From NCBI GenBank assembly GCA_964576115.1, contig CAZNUA010000025.1, positions 1 through 49,503 on the forward strand: 49,503 nucleotides of DNA, in the 5' to 3' direction. Numbering within the stretch: the first letter of the stretch is position 1; the number at the start of each line of letters is the position of its first letter. The notes under the pieces are model-generated. The model saw only the letters and a program-made list of their open reading frames with translations, searched no databases and was not told where the DNA came from. The DNA is from an uncultured Gemmatimonadota bacterium. GTDB lineage: Bacteria; Blakebacterota; Blakebacteria; Blakebacterales; Blakebacteraceae. A program made the translations under genes and the position numbers. Below are positions 1-9,431 of this stretch, in pieces.

Positions 1-89
1 TCCGGAGCAATCCCTGTGGTGAATGACGTACCTCCGATATATTAAGGGGGCGGACATCCTGTGAGGCCCTACCGATCGGGACGCAGTGC

Positions 90-1184
90 ATGACTGACCC
101 TGACCGCAGTCCCTGGCGGAGTGTACGGCAGGTGGCCCTCTTCCTGGCCGCCCTGTACCTGTTCTTCATCAGTATCGACCTGATGAGTGCGGCCTTCAGA
201 ATGGCCGGAACCGACTTTGCGCGTCAGTTGATCACTACCGCCTCGGATCCGATTGCCGGCCTGCTGATCGGTTTTCTGACCACCAGCCTGGTGCAGAGCT
301 CGTCGTGCACCACCTCGATCGTGGTCGGCCTGGTGGCCGCCGGCGCCCTGCCCCTGCGTCTGGCGGTACCGATCGTCATGGGCGCCAATATCGGCACGAC
401 GATCACCGCCACCATCGTCTCCTTCGGCCATGTGACCCACCCCCGGGAATTCGAAAAAGCGTTCTCCGCCGCGACGGTTCACGACTTTTTCAATATCCTG
501 GCGGTGGCCGTCCTCCTCCCGATCGAGGTCCTCTTCCATCCCGTGGAACATCTCGCTGTCTTCTTCGAAGGAATCTTTTCGGGGATCGGCGGTCTGCAGC
601 TGGCCAGTCCTCTCAAAGCCGTCGTGACACCGGTCACCGAACTCGTCACCGGCATTATCCCGTGGGTGATCCCGCTGCTGATCATCGCCATAACGGCCCT
701 CTTTTTCGCTCTGTCCCGCATGGTCAGAATCATGCGTACGGCGGTGCTGACCCGGGTGGAAGTCCTCTTCGATCGGGTTCTCTTCCGCAACGACACCGCC
801 AGCTTCACCCTGGGAATGACCCTGACCGCCCTGGTCCAGTCGAGTTCGGCGACGACCTCCCTGGTCGTCCCCCTGGTCGGGACAGGGGTGCTGACCCTGC
901 GGAAAATATTCCCCTACACGCTCGGGGCGAACGTCGGGACCACCATCACCGCCATTCTGGCCTCACTCGCAACAGGCAACCGGATCGCCGTCGAGGTCGC
1001 CCTGGCCCACCTGAGCTTCAATGCCCTCGGAATCGCCATTTTCTATCCCCTGCGGGCACTCCCCATCTGGATCGCCACGCAAGCCGGCCGATTCGCCAGC
1101 CGTACCAGGCGGAATACTATCTTCCTGGTCATGGGATACGTTGCGCTCGACATTCTGATCATTCTCTACCTTTTTCTGCGGTAG
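90..1184 (+). CDS. Na+/phosphate symporter (NptA/SLC34-like, PNaS family)
   Basis: Hydrophobic 364-aa ORF with two internal repeats of the family motif: LVQSSSCTTS..MGANIGTTIT and LVQSSSATTS..LGANVGTTIT. Confidence 0.9.
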   Translation: MTDPDRSPWRSVRQVALFLAALYLFFISIDLMSAAFRMAGTDFARQLITTASDPIAGLLIGFLTTSLVQSSSCTTSIVVGLVAAGALPLRLAVPIVMGANIGTTITATIVSFGHVTHPREFEKAFSAATVHDFFNILAVAVLLPIEVLFHPVEHLAVFFEGIFSGIGGLQLASPLKAVVTPVTELVTGIIPWVIPLLIIAITALFFALSRMVRIMRTAVLTRVEVLFDRVLFRNDTASFTLGMTLTALVQSSSATTSLVVPLVGTGVLTLRKIFPYTLGANVGTTITAILASLATGNRIAVEVALAHLSFNALGIAIFYPLRALPIWIATQAGRFASRTRRNTIFLVMGYVALDILIILYLFLR

Positions 1185-1205
1185 AACGCGAAGGGGTTGA
1201 TCGAC

Positions 1206-1376
1206 ATGTGGAAGGAACTCCGGCANNNNNNNNNNNNNNNNNNNNNNNNNNNNNNNNNNNNNNNNNNNNNNNNNNNNNNNNNNNNNNNNNNNNNNNNNNN
1301 NNNNNNNNNNNNNNNNNNNNNNNNNCCCTACTACCGGATCGGCTTCCGCGAGAAGCCGGGAGATGAAGAAGAATAA
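1206..1376 (+). CDS. Probable PhoU-domain protein, interrupted by the assembly gap (only the two ends are visible)
   Basis: ATG at 1206 follows a purine-rich GAAGGGG and reads MWKELR up to the Ns. After the gap, PYYRIGFREKPGDEEE ends at TAA 1374-1376. Its position after a Na/Pi symporter and the P-x-x-RIGF ending resemble PhoU-like partner genes (inference). Confidence 0.5.
   Translation: MWKELRXXXXXXXXXXXXXXXXXXXXXXXXXXXXXXXXXXPYYRIGFREKPGDEEE
1226..1325. other. Scaffold gap (100 N placeholder, true size unknown)
   Basis: Exactly 100 consecutive N bases. Confidence 0.98.
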
Positions 1377-1396
1377 AAAAGACTCCGCACTCTGAT

Positions 1397-1425
1397 TTGC
1401 GGATTGCGCCCGACCTGATTACATT
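1397..1425 (+). promoter_or_regulatory. Putative sigma-70 promoter of the malic enzyme gene
   Basis: TTGCGG-17 nt-TACATT, about 140 nt upstream of ATG 1565. Confidence 0.5.
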
Positions 1426-1564
1426 CCGAATGACTTTCGTATCCCCGTCCCCACGCACCTCCGGGGCGCAGGGGATGGACTCCGGACGGCCCCGGCCTGT
1501 GGCCGGGACTTCCCGCTCCACATGCGAGCCGATTGCCTGACAGGAAAGGCAGGAGAAAACAGAC

Positions 1565-2938
1565 ATGAGTGAGGACAAGAAAGCAACGGTCGAGGAGCTG
1601 CTCGCCAAGGCGTACCAGCCGGCCAAAGACGCCATGCGACTCCACCCCTTCTATCGGGGCAAGGTCGAGGTCGTACCGAAGTGCCAGATCCGGGACTTCA
1701 ACGACTTCGCCATCTGGTACACCCCCGGAGTGGCCGAGCCGTGCAAGGACATCCACGCCAACCCCGAGAAGGTCTTCGAGCACACCAACAAGGCCAACAT
1801 GATCGCCGTGGTCAGTGACGGCTCGCGGGTTCTGGGTCTGGGGAACATCGGCGCCGAGGCCGGTCTTCCGGTGATGGAGGGCAAGGGCATCCTCTTCAAG
1901 TACCTGGGTGGCGTGGACGCTTTCCCGATCTGTGTCGCCACGCAGGACAAGGACGAGATCATCAACCTGGTCAAGAACATCCAGCCCTCGTTCGGCGGTA
2001 TCAACCTCGAGGACATCGAGAAGCCGAAGTGCTTCGAGATCCTCGACACCCTGCGCGGAGAGTGCCACATCCCCGTCTGGCACGACGACCAGCAGGGCAC
2101 CGCCACGGTGACCGTGGCCGGTGTGATCAACGCTCTGAAGGTGGTCGGCAAGGACAAGGAAAAGGTCAAGACCGTCCTGTACGGCGCCGGCGCCTCCAAC
2201 GCCCGGATCGCCCGGATGCTGATCGCCTGGGGCCTGAACTCCGACAACATGATCCTCTTCGATTCGAAGGGCCCCCTGCACATGGGCCGCACCGAATTCG
2301 AGGAGTCGGAGCCCGAGAAGTGGTGGCTGTGCCAGAACACCAACAGCCAGAACGTCGACGTGCCCTTCGAGGAAGCCATCGAGAACGCCGACATGCTGAT
2401 CGCGCTCTCCCGTTCGGGCCCCGACGTGATCGACAAGGCCAACATCACCAAGATGGCCGACGACTCGATCGTCTTCGCGTGTGCCAACCCGATCCCCGAG
2501 ATCTGGCCGTGGGACGCGAAGGAGGCGGGGGCCCGTATCATGGCCACCGGCCGGTCCGACTTCGAGAACCAGGTCAACAACTCCCTCGGGTTCCCGGGCA
2601 TCTTCCGCGGCACCCTCGACGTGGCCGCCACCACGATCACCGACGAGATGTGCATTGCGGCCGCCGAAGAGCTGGCCAAGTGCGCCGAAGACAACGGCAT
2701 TCACGAGGGCTACATCATCCCCACCATGGACGAGTGGGAAGTCTTCCCGCGCGAAGCCGTGGCGGTGGGACAGAAGGCCATCGAGCAGGGTCTGGCCCGG
2801 ATCGAACTGACCCCCGAGCAGGCTTACGCGCAGGCCGAGCGGATCATCAAGCGCGCCCGCGAGGAGACGGTCTGGCGGATGAAGGAAGGTTTCATCCCCA
2901 CCGCTCCCGAGGAGGAGAAGGTCACCACAGGCGGGTAA
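1565..2938 (+). CDS. NAD(P)-dependent malic enzyme (short type, no PTA domain)
   Basis: Motifs YTPGVAEPC, DGSRVLGLGNIG, MEGK, INLEDI, HDDQQGTA, GAGAS, ANPIPEI and NQVNNSLGFPGIFRG; RBS AGGAG. Confidence 0.95.
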   Translation: MSEDKKATVEELLAKAYQPAKDAMRLHPFYRGKVEVVPKCQIRDFNDFAIWYTPGVAEPCKDIHANPEKVFEHTNKANMIAVVSDGSRVLGLGNIGAEAGLPVMEGKGILFKYLGGVDAFPICVATQDKDEIINLVKNIQPSFGGINLEDIEKPKCFEILDTLRGECHIPVWHDDQQGTATVTVAGVINALKVVGKDKEKVKTVLYGAGASNARIARMLIAWGLNSDNMILFDSKGPLHMGRTEFEESEPEKWWLCQNTNSQNVDVPFEEAIENADMLIALSRSGPDVIDKANITKMADDSIVFACANPIPEIWPWDAKEAGARIMATGRSDFENQVNNSLGFPGIFRGTLDVAATTITDEMCIAAAEELAKCAEDNGIHEGYIIPTMDEWEVFPREAVAVGQKAIEQGLARIELTPEQAYAQAERIIKRAREETVWRMKEGFIPTAPEEEKVTTGG

Positions 2939-2995
2939 GCCGCTCTGACCGCGTTCGTATCCGGCAGACCGCCGGACCGACCGCCTGAAAACGGG

Positions 2996-3027
2996 AAAGG
3001 CCGCGGCTCACGAGCTGCGGCCTTTTC
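2996..3027 (+). terminator. Intrinsic terminator after malic enzyme, probably bidirectional
   Basis: Hairpin AAAGGCCGCGGCTC-AC-GAGCTGCGGCCTTT followed by T residues, between convergent genes. Confidence 0.75.
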
Positions 3028-3078
3028 TCGTCCCGGCCGGGGAGCAGGAGCTGAAGCGCCGCCGTACGAGCTCGGCCT

Positions 3079-3849
3079 TCAACGCCAGCGGTCGCGCACC
3101 CAGGAGAGCGCCTTTTTCAGTGGTCTGACATAGGCCGCCGTCTCGTAATGGGTGAGCCTGTTGAGAAGAACGAGGGTCACGTCGGCACCGCGTTCCTCGA
3201 GGACCTCCACCCGGGCCTGGATATCGGCCGCCGGCAGGATTTCGTCGGCGATGCTGTGGATGATGTACAGTGGGATATCGCCGATTGAATCGAGGAACTC
3301 TTCCGAGACCTGGCTGGCGATCGGGATCGCGGCCGCGAACAGCTCGGGATGGGTGCCGGCGAAGTACCAGGTCCCGATCCCCCCGAAGCTGAAACCGGTT
3401 ACGATGATCCGCTCCTCATCGATAGTGAATTCGGACCGCACACTGTCTATCAGAGCCAGCACCGCTCCCTCCATGATCTCGTCCCACCAGCTCAGCGAGA
3501 CCGGGCAGGTCGGGGAAAGGACGATCGCCTCGAGCTCGTAGAGAGCCGGGATGACGAGCAGGTCGGAGAACGTTCCTCCGTACCAGGTCGAGGGCGAACC
3601 GCCGAAATGCAGGGAGAGGATGAGAGGCGTCGGCGTTCCATCGCGGTAGGAGGCGGGCACGCCGACGGTCCAGGCCATGGACCGGCCGTTGACCGTTCCC
3701 TGCCGGCCGATATTGAAGTATTCGTAACTCTCGTCCTGTTTCACGAACGAACTGCAACCGGCGAACCCGGCCAGCAGGAGAATGAGTCCGACCGCCGCAA
3801 CGGCGGCGGGAGCGGATCGCGGCCGGTGCCGGCAGCGGTTGAGTATCAT
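3079..3849 (-). CDS. Lipoprotein alpha/beta hydrolase (esterase/peptidase, dienelactone-hydrolase-like)
   Basis: Lipobox LLAGFAGC, oxyanion region LHFGG, nucleophile elbow GFSFGG, acid region HSIADE, C-terminal His (LTHY). Start moved to ATG 3849. Confidence 0.75.
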   Translation of the reverse strand: MILNRCRHRPRSAPAAVAAVGLILLLAGFAGCSSFVKQDESYEYFNIGRQGTVNGRSMAWTVGVPASYRDGTPTPLILSLHFGGSPSTWYGGTFSDLLVIPALYELEAIVLSPTCPVSLSWWDEIMEGAVLALIDSVRSEFTIDEERIIVTGFSFGGIGTWYFAGTHPELFAAAIPIASQVSEEFLDSIGDIPLYIIHSIADEILPAADIQARVEVLEERGADVTLVLLNRLTHYETAAYVRPLKKALSWVRDRWR

Positions 3850-4024
3850 ACCCGGACATCCTTCTCGATCGCCGGACCGCGTGCGGTTCCGGAGGTGGCG
3901 GTGCCGTTCGTGACTGAAACGGATCCCGACCCCCGGGCGCCTACACCGGCCGGCCTCTTTCCTGGCGCACCCCCCCGGGGTGACGGCTATACTGCAATCC
4001 GTGACCCCGACCAAGGAGACCGCT

Positions 4025-5695
4025 GTGCGACGTCCCGCTCTCATATCGACATTTGTCCTGACGATTCTTCTCCCCCTCCTGCCCGCCGCCCCTGCTGCGG
4101 CCCAGCAGACTGCCTACGATCTGGTCTTTACCGGCGGCCGCATTCTCGACGGCACCGGCAATCCCTGGTATCCCGGCGAGGTGGCGGTCCGCGACGGTCG
4201 GATCGCGGCCCTCGGCACCCTGCCGGCCGGAGCGCGGGCCGAACGTACGATCGACATCTCGGGCCTGATCATCTCTCCCGGGTTCATCGACATCCACACC
4301 CACTCCTACGACAGTGTCAGCGACGAAGAGAGCTGGAGCGGGGAGGATGACTCTCGCTACTTCGCCCCCAATTTCGTCAGTCAGGGGGTGACGCTTGTGG
4401 TTTCGAACCAGTGCGGTTACGGACCGACCGATATCGGGGCCCAGAGGGCGGCACTGAGCACCCGCGGCACCGGCCCCAACGTCATTTTGATGATCGGTCA
4501 CAATTCGGTCCGGCGGGCGGTGATGGGTCGTGACGCCGAACGTCCCGCGACCGCCGACGAGCTGAACCGTATGCGCGCCCTGGTCCGCCAGGCGATGGAG
4601 GATGGCGCTTTCGGCATGTCTTCGGGACTCGAGTATCAACCGGCCATCTGGAGCACCACCGACGAGCTGGTGGCGCTGATGGAGGAAATGCTGCCCTACG
4701 ACGGCCACTTCCAGGCCCACGAGCGGGCCTCGGGGATCACCCCGATGTGGTACGTACCGAGCCGGGATGAACCCGCCCCCCCCTCGATGACCGACAACAT
4801 CCTCGAACTGATCGAGATCGGCGAACGCACCGGCGGCCGGGTGATCGCCACCCACATCAAGGCCCGGGGAGTGGATTTCTGGGGCGGTAGTACGATCCTG
4901 ATCAGGTTGATCAACCAGGCCCGGGCGCGGGGGATCGACATCTGGGCCGACGCTTATCCCTACAACAGCTCGGGCTCGGACGGCAGTACCGTCCTGATTC
5001 CCGGCTGGGCGCTGGGACGCGACCCGCAGGCCGCCCTGCAGCAGGTCCTGGCTGATCCGGAACGCCGGGACGATCTCGAACGCGATATCCGACACAATCT
5101 GAACTGGCGCGGGGGAGGCGGGAACATCGTCGTGATGGACTACCCCGACGAGGCCTGTGTCGGACGCACCCTGCAGGAGCTGGCCGACGAGCGGGACCTG
5201 TCGGTCGTCGAGATGGTCATCGCTCTGCAGCTCGAGGGGGACAACCGCCGCGGGGGCGCCCGGCTGCGGGGTTTCAGCATGGCCGAGCAGGATATCGAGG
5301 CCTTTTACGCCGAGCCGTGGTGCTGCACCGGCTCCGACGCCAGCATCACCCTGCCCGCCGACGGTCCGGTCCACGCCCGCTATTACGGCACCTTTCCGCG
5401 CAAGATCCGTCACTATGCCATGGAACGCGGCGTGCTGAGCGTGGAGGACGCGGTCCGGACCTCGACCTCGCTTCCCGCCCAGGTCCTCCGTCTACACGAT
5501 CGGGGGCAGCTGCGGGAGGGCAATTGGGCCGATATCGTCGTCTTCGATCCCGCGACCATCCGCGACACCGCCACTTTCTTCGAACCGCACCAGTACGCCG
5601 AGGGGATCGAATACGTACTGGTCAACGGCGTCTTCGTTCTCGAAGAAGGGGAATTGACCTGGGAACGGCCCGGCCGGGTTCTCAACCGTCGCTGA
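4025..5695 (+). CDS. Secreted N-acyl-D-amino-acid deacylase (D-aminoacylase, amidohydrolase 3 family)
   Basis: PGFIDIHTHS, NQCG, GMSSGLEY, HIK, GSD, YGTFPR, ADIVVFDP. Signal peptide ends AAA|QQ. GTG start at 4025 after AAGGAG. Confidence 0.88.
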   Translation: MRRPALISTFVLTILLPLLPAAPAAAQQTAYDLVFTGGRILDGTGNPWYPGEVAVRDGRIAALGTLPAGARAERTIDISGLIISPGFIDIHTHSYDSVSDEESWSGEDDSRYFAPNFVSQGVTLVVSNQCGYGPTDIGAQRAALSTRGTGPNVILMIGHNSVRRAVMGRDAERPATADELNRMRALVRQAMEDGAFGMSSGLEYQPAIWSTTDELVALMEEMLPYDGHFQAHERASGITPMWYVPSRDEPAPPSMTDNILELIEIGERTGGRVIATHIKARGVDFWGGSTILIRLINQARARGIDIWADAYPYNSSGSDGSTVLIPGWALGRDPQAALQQVLADPERRDDLERDIRHNLNWRGGGGNIVVMDYPDEACVGRTLQELADERDLSVVEMVIALQLEGDNRRGGARLRGFSMAEQDIEAFYAEPWCCTGSDASITLPADGPVHARYYGTFPRKIRHYAMERGVLSVEDAVRTSTSLPAQVLRLHDRGQLREGNWADIVVFDPATIRDTATFFEPHQYAEGIEYVLVNGVFVLEEGELTWERPGRVLNRR

Positions 5696-5698
5696 CAA

Positions 5699-5728
5699 AC
5701 AAGCCCCGCCGGTGAAGGCGGGGCTTGT
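5699..5728. terminator. Hairpin between convergent genes (putative bidirectional terminator)
   Basis: Perfect 12-bp stem ACAAGCCCCGCC-GGTGAA-GGCGGGGCTTGT. Confidence 0.7.
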
Positions 5729-5776
5729 CCGGTGATCGCTTCGGGCCCGCGCGCGGCCGGCGCGGGCGGTAAAAAT

Positions 5777-7024
5777 CTATTCGAGGTCTTCGGGAATGAC
5801 CTTCTCGATCCAGGCGGTGTAGTCGCCGTCGTAGCCGACCTCGGCCTGACGTGCCTTCACCTTCTCGAGAATCTCCCCGACCCTGGCCTCGGGGAGCTTG
5901 TCGCTGTCCCCCCACTGCCCGATCAGGTGTTCGGCGACGGCCTGGGCGTGCTTGCGGGACACGACGATGTTTCCCTGTCCCGTGACGGCGTTACCGACTC
6001 CGTAGACGTTTTCCCGGGGACCGTAGACACCCAGATCCCAGTCCTCGAATTTGTAGAAAGCACCGGTCATCTCGACCCCGTCGAGCGGCTCGGGAACGCT
6101 GCCGATCGAACTGATCCAGGCCGGGTGTCGTTTCTCGACCTCGGTCCCCGGCAGGGGAATCGCCTTGCGGCCGTCGACGCGGGTGCGGTTGAAAACGACC
6201 CCGACCAGGCGGTCGTTCTCGATGATCTTGTCTTTGGCCAGGTGACGCTCGGCGTAGGTGAAGCGGTACTTCTCCATGGCCAGATCGAGAATCTTCGCCC
6301 GGGTGGCTTCGGCCTTGGCCCGAGCCTCCTCACTGCGGTCCTTCTGTGAGGCCAGCGGCATGTCGTACTTGCGCCGACGGTAGTAGAGCGTACAGCCCTT
6401 GATACCGAGCGATTCGGGATCGATGTCGTGCTGTTCACAGAAGTGGGTGATGCCCTTGTGTTCCAGGTCGTAGAGGGTGCACTCCACCCCCCGCTCGTTC
6501 AGGGCCCGTTCGTACAGCAGGCACTGGACGGCTTTGGCGCAGTCGATCGAGGAAAGACCGCCACCGAAAATGCCCATGTCGTCGACGACCTCGTAGCTGG
6601 GGCCGTCGTAGGCTTTCTCGTTCATGTGGTTGAACCAGTAAATGAAGGGGTTCTGGTACACCAGACCCTTGTCGATGTAGTCATCGATCCCCTCCACCTC
6701 GACCGGCCGGTCCTTCCAGGCACCGTTGGCGAAGATCAGGGCCGTAAAACCCCAGTCGAGCAGTTCCTCGAACTGGTAATGCTCACCCAGCCTGGTGAGC
6801 GGAACGTAATGGATGTTGGGGTGGACGAGCAGGGAGTCGATCATGTCGTACTCCTTGCGGCGCTGGATCTTGTGCCAGCGCGGCAGACCGTCCTCGACCT
6901 TACCGTAGGGTTTGGAGTTCTGCTCGAGCAGCACTACCTCGATCCCCGCCTCGGCGAACATGTTCGCCGCGGCTGAACCGGCACAGGCTCCTCCGACGAT
7001 ACATACAACGTGAGAATCGGGCAT
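5777..7024 (-). CDS. FAD/NAD(P)-dependent oxidoreductase (GltD/ferredoxin-NADP reductase-like, no Fe-S domain)
   Basis: N-terminal FAD fold IVGGACAGSAAA..E, GLPRWH, ANGAW, second Rossmann motif GGGLSSIDC, YRRR..DMP, VYGVGN. Confidence 0.75.
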   Translation of the reverse strand: MPDSHVVCIVGGACAGSAAANMFAEAGIEVVLLEQNSKPYGKVEDGLPRWHKIQRRKEYDMIDSLLVHPNIHYVPLTRLGEHYQFEELLDWGFTALIFANGAWKDRPVEVEGIDDYIDKGLVYQNPFIYWFNHMNEKAYDGPSYEVVDDMGIFGGGLSSIDCAKAVQCLLYERALNERGVECTLYDLEHKGITHFCEQHDIDPESLGIKGCTLYYRRRKYDMPLASQKDRSEEARAKAEATRAKILDLAMEKYRFTYAERHLAKDKIIENDRLVGVVFNRTRVDGRKAIPLPGTEVEKRHPAWISSIGSVPEPLDGVEMTGAFYKFEDWDLGVYGPRENVYGVGNAVTGQGNIVVSRKHAQAVAEHLIGQWGDSDKLPEARVGEILEKVKARQAEVGYDGDYTAWIEKVIPEDLE

Positions 7025-7134
7025 CAGCAGCAGTCCTTCTCCTCAGAGTTCACACCTGACACGTATGGATGGGTCGGCTCGCGAGCCGAACGGGCTAAGG
7101 CAGAGCGTCAAACTACTATGCCGTCCGGTGGGCG

Positions 7135-7503
7135 TCAGCCCTTTTCTGTCTTTTCCACGACCGCCACGGTATCGGGCTCATTGGGAACCAGACAGAGGAA
7201 CTCGAAGGGCTCGGAACCGATGACCTCGTAGGAGTGGGGCATCCCGGCCGGGATGAAATTGACGTTTCCGGGACCGATCTCGTGCACGGCGTCGCCCAGT
7301 TGCAGACGGGCCCGGCCACGCAGGACATACTGTTCGTGTTCGACCGTGTTGGTATGGTAGGGCATCCCGCCCCCCGGCTGCATGATGAAGCGCCGCATGG
7401 CGAAGTTCGGAGCCTCGGAGGAGCTGATCAGGACCTGCATGGCGGTCCGGTCGGCAGCGGTGACTTCCTCGGCGGCGATCGCGTCGATGTGCGTGACACC
7501 CAT
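7135..7503 (-). CDS. Cupin-domain protein
   Basis: Cupin motifs MRRFIMQPGGGMPYHTNTVEHEQYVLRG and FIPAGMPHSY. Confidence 0.85.
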   Translation of the reverse strand: MGVTHIDAIAAEEVTAADRTAMQVLISSSEAPNFAMRRFIMQPGGGMPYHTNTVEHEQYVLRGRARLQLGDAVHEIGPGNVNFIPAGMPHSYEVIGSEPFEFLCLVPNEPDTVAVVEKTEKG

Positions 7504-7517
7504 GGCTGGTCTCCTTC

Positions 7518-8954
7518 TTACTCGGGCAGCCGGTCGCCCCGTTCTATCCCGTACTTGTCGAGCTTGCGGTACAGGTTGGAACGCTGGATACCCATCGCCT
7601 CGGCGGCGGCCTTGACGTTCCAGTCGTGGTCGTTGAGAACCTTGAGCAGGAAAATCCGCTCGGCCTCGTCCCGGAAATCGCTCAGCTCGCCGGACCGGTG
7701 CAGAGCTTCGGCCAGCCCCTCCATGGCGGCGGGCAGAGCGGGGCCGGCGGTACCGGCCCCCGCGGCGATGACCGCCTCGGGATCGAGTACCCGCTCCACG
7801 CCGTCCAATCCGATTTCTTCGGCCTGGTTCATGATGGTGAGCCGCTCCATGGCATTGCGCAGTTCGCGCACGTTGCCGGGCCAGGCGTAGCCGGTCAGCC
7901 GGCCGGCTGCTTCGGGCGAGAGACGAACCGGGGACCGTTTCTCCACCGCGCAGTAGTAGGCCAGGAAATGCTCGCAGAGGGGCAGGATGTCCTCGGGCCT
8001 CTTGCGCAACGGGGGAATCGGCAGGGGTACCACCCGCAGGCGGTACAGGAGATCCTGGCGGAAAGCGCCGCCGGCGATGGCGGCCTCGAGATCCTTGTTG
8101 GTGGCGGCGATGACCCGCACGTCCACCCGGATCGGGGTGTTGCCTCCAACCCGTTCGATAGTGCCCTCCTCGAGCGCCCGGAGCACCTTGGCCTGGGCCG
8201 AGAGACTCATGTCCCCGACCTCGTCGAGAAAAAGGGTGCCCCCCGAGGCCAGCTCGAACTTTCCCGCCTTGTTGGCCGTGGCGCCGGTGAAAGCCCCCCG
8301 GACGTGCCCGAAGAGTTCCGATTCGATCAGGTCGCGGGGAATGGCGGCGCAGTTGACCGGCACGAAAGGCCGGGTCGAGCGCGGCGAGAGCGCGTGCAGA
8401 CGGCGGGCCACCAGTTCTTTGCCGGTGCCGTTCTCGCCGGTGATCAGGACCCTGGCTTCGGTCGCCGCCACCTGTTCCAGGGCTGTGAGCACCTCCTGCA
8501 TGGCGGCGCTCTCAGCGATCATGGTATAGCGCTCCTCGACCTGGTCGCGCAGAAGCAGGTTCTGCCTTTCGAGCCGGGCCCGGTTCATGGCGTTGCGCAC
8601 CGTCAGCAGGACTTTTTCCTGATCGAGGGGCTTTTCGAGGAAATCGAACGCGCCCTTGCGGGTGGCATCGACCGCGGTGGCGATGTCGGCGTGACCCGAG
8701 ATCATCACCACGGTGCGACCCGATTCGTTGGGCCGGAGCCGCTCGAGAACCTCTATCCCGTCCAGACCGGGCATCTTGACATCGAGCAGGATGACGTGCG
8801 GCTCTTCAGCCTCGACCTTATCGAGCCCCTCCTCGCCGGCGGCGGCCTTGAGCACCGAATAGCCTTCATATTCGAGAACCAGCTGCAGGGAGTCACGCAC
8901 TCCCTTCTCGTCATCGACGATGAGGACGCTGCCCCCGGTACTTTCTTCCGCCAT
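7518..8954 (-). CDS. Sigma-54-dependent response regulator (NtrC/NtrX family: REC, AAA+, Fis-type HTH)
   Basis: REC (VDDE, LDVKMP, EKP), Walker A GENGTGKE, GAFTGA, LFLDEVG, WPGNVREL, C-terminal HTH. Confidence 0.93.
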   Translation of the reverse strand: MAEESTGGSVLIVDDEKGVRDSLQLVLEYEGYSVLKAAAGEEGLDKVEAEEPHVILLDVKMPGLDGIEVLERLRPNESGRTVVMISGHADIATAVDATRKGAFDFLEKPLDQEKVLLTVRNAMNRARLERQNLLLRDQVEERYTMIAESAAMQEVLTALEQVAATEARVLITGENGTGKELVARRLHALSPRSTRPFVPVNCAAIPRDLIESELFGHVRGAFTGATANKAGKFELASGGTLFLDEVGDMSLSAQAKVLRALEEGTIERVGGNTPIRVDVRVIAATNKDLEAAIAGGAFRQDLLYRLRVVPLPIPPLRKRPEDILPLCEHFLAYYCAVEKRSPVRLSPEAAGRLTGYAWPGNVRELRNAMERLTIMNQAEEIGLDGVERVLDPEAVIAAGAGTAGPALPAAMEGLAEALHRSGELSDFRDEAERIFLLKVLNDHDWNVKAAAEAMGIQRSNLYRKLDKYGIERGDRLPE

Positions 8955-8974
8955 GGCCGTGCGCTCCCCCCGCT

Positions 8975-9430
8975 TCAACACTCGTGTGAGAGCCGGTCGA
9001 GTTCCTGCCGGAACTCTTCGGCCGTTTTGAAATCCTGATAGACGCTCGCGAACCGCACGTAGGCGACCTGATCGAGCTGGCGCAGTTCCTGCATCACCAG
9101 TTCGCCGATCCGGCTGGAGGGGATCTCGCGCTGGCCGAGATTCTGCAGGGTGCTCTCGAGCCGCTGGACCAGATCGTCGATCTGGGCCGTGGCCACCGGC
9201 CGTTTGATGCAGGCGGTCACGATCCCGGTCTGCAGTTTGGAACGGTCATACGGTTCGCGGCGACCGTCCCGTTTGATCACCACCAGACTGAAGGCCTCGA
9301 CGTACTCGTAGGTGGTGAAGCGCTCGCCGCACTCCAGACACTCCCGGCGACGGCGAATAGCCGCCCCACCCTGGCTGGAACGACTGTCGACCACCTTGTC
9401 GTTGTTCTCGCCGCAGTGGGGACAGCGCAT
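8975..9430 (-). CDS. nrdR: Transcriptional repressor NrdR
   Basis: Zinc ribbon MRCPHC..VVDSR..IRRRRECLECGERFTTYE, ATP cone, VAYVRFASVY. Confidence 0.96.
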   Translation of the reverse strand: MRCPHCGENNDKVVDSRSSQGGAAIRRRRECLECGERFTTYEYVEAFSLVVIKRDGRREPYDRSKLQTGIVTACIKRPVATAQIDDLVQRLESTLQNLGQREIPSSRIGELVMQELRQLDQVAYVRFASVYQDFKTAEEFRQELDRLSHEC

Positions 9431-9431
9431 C

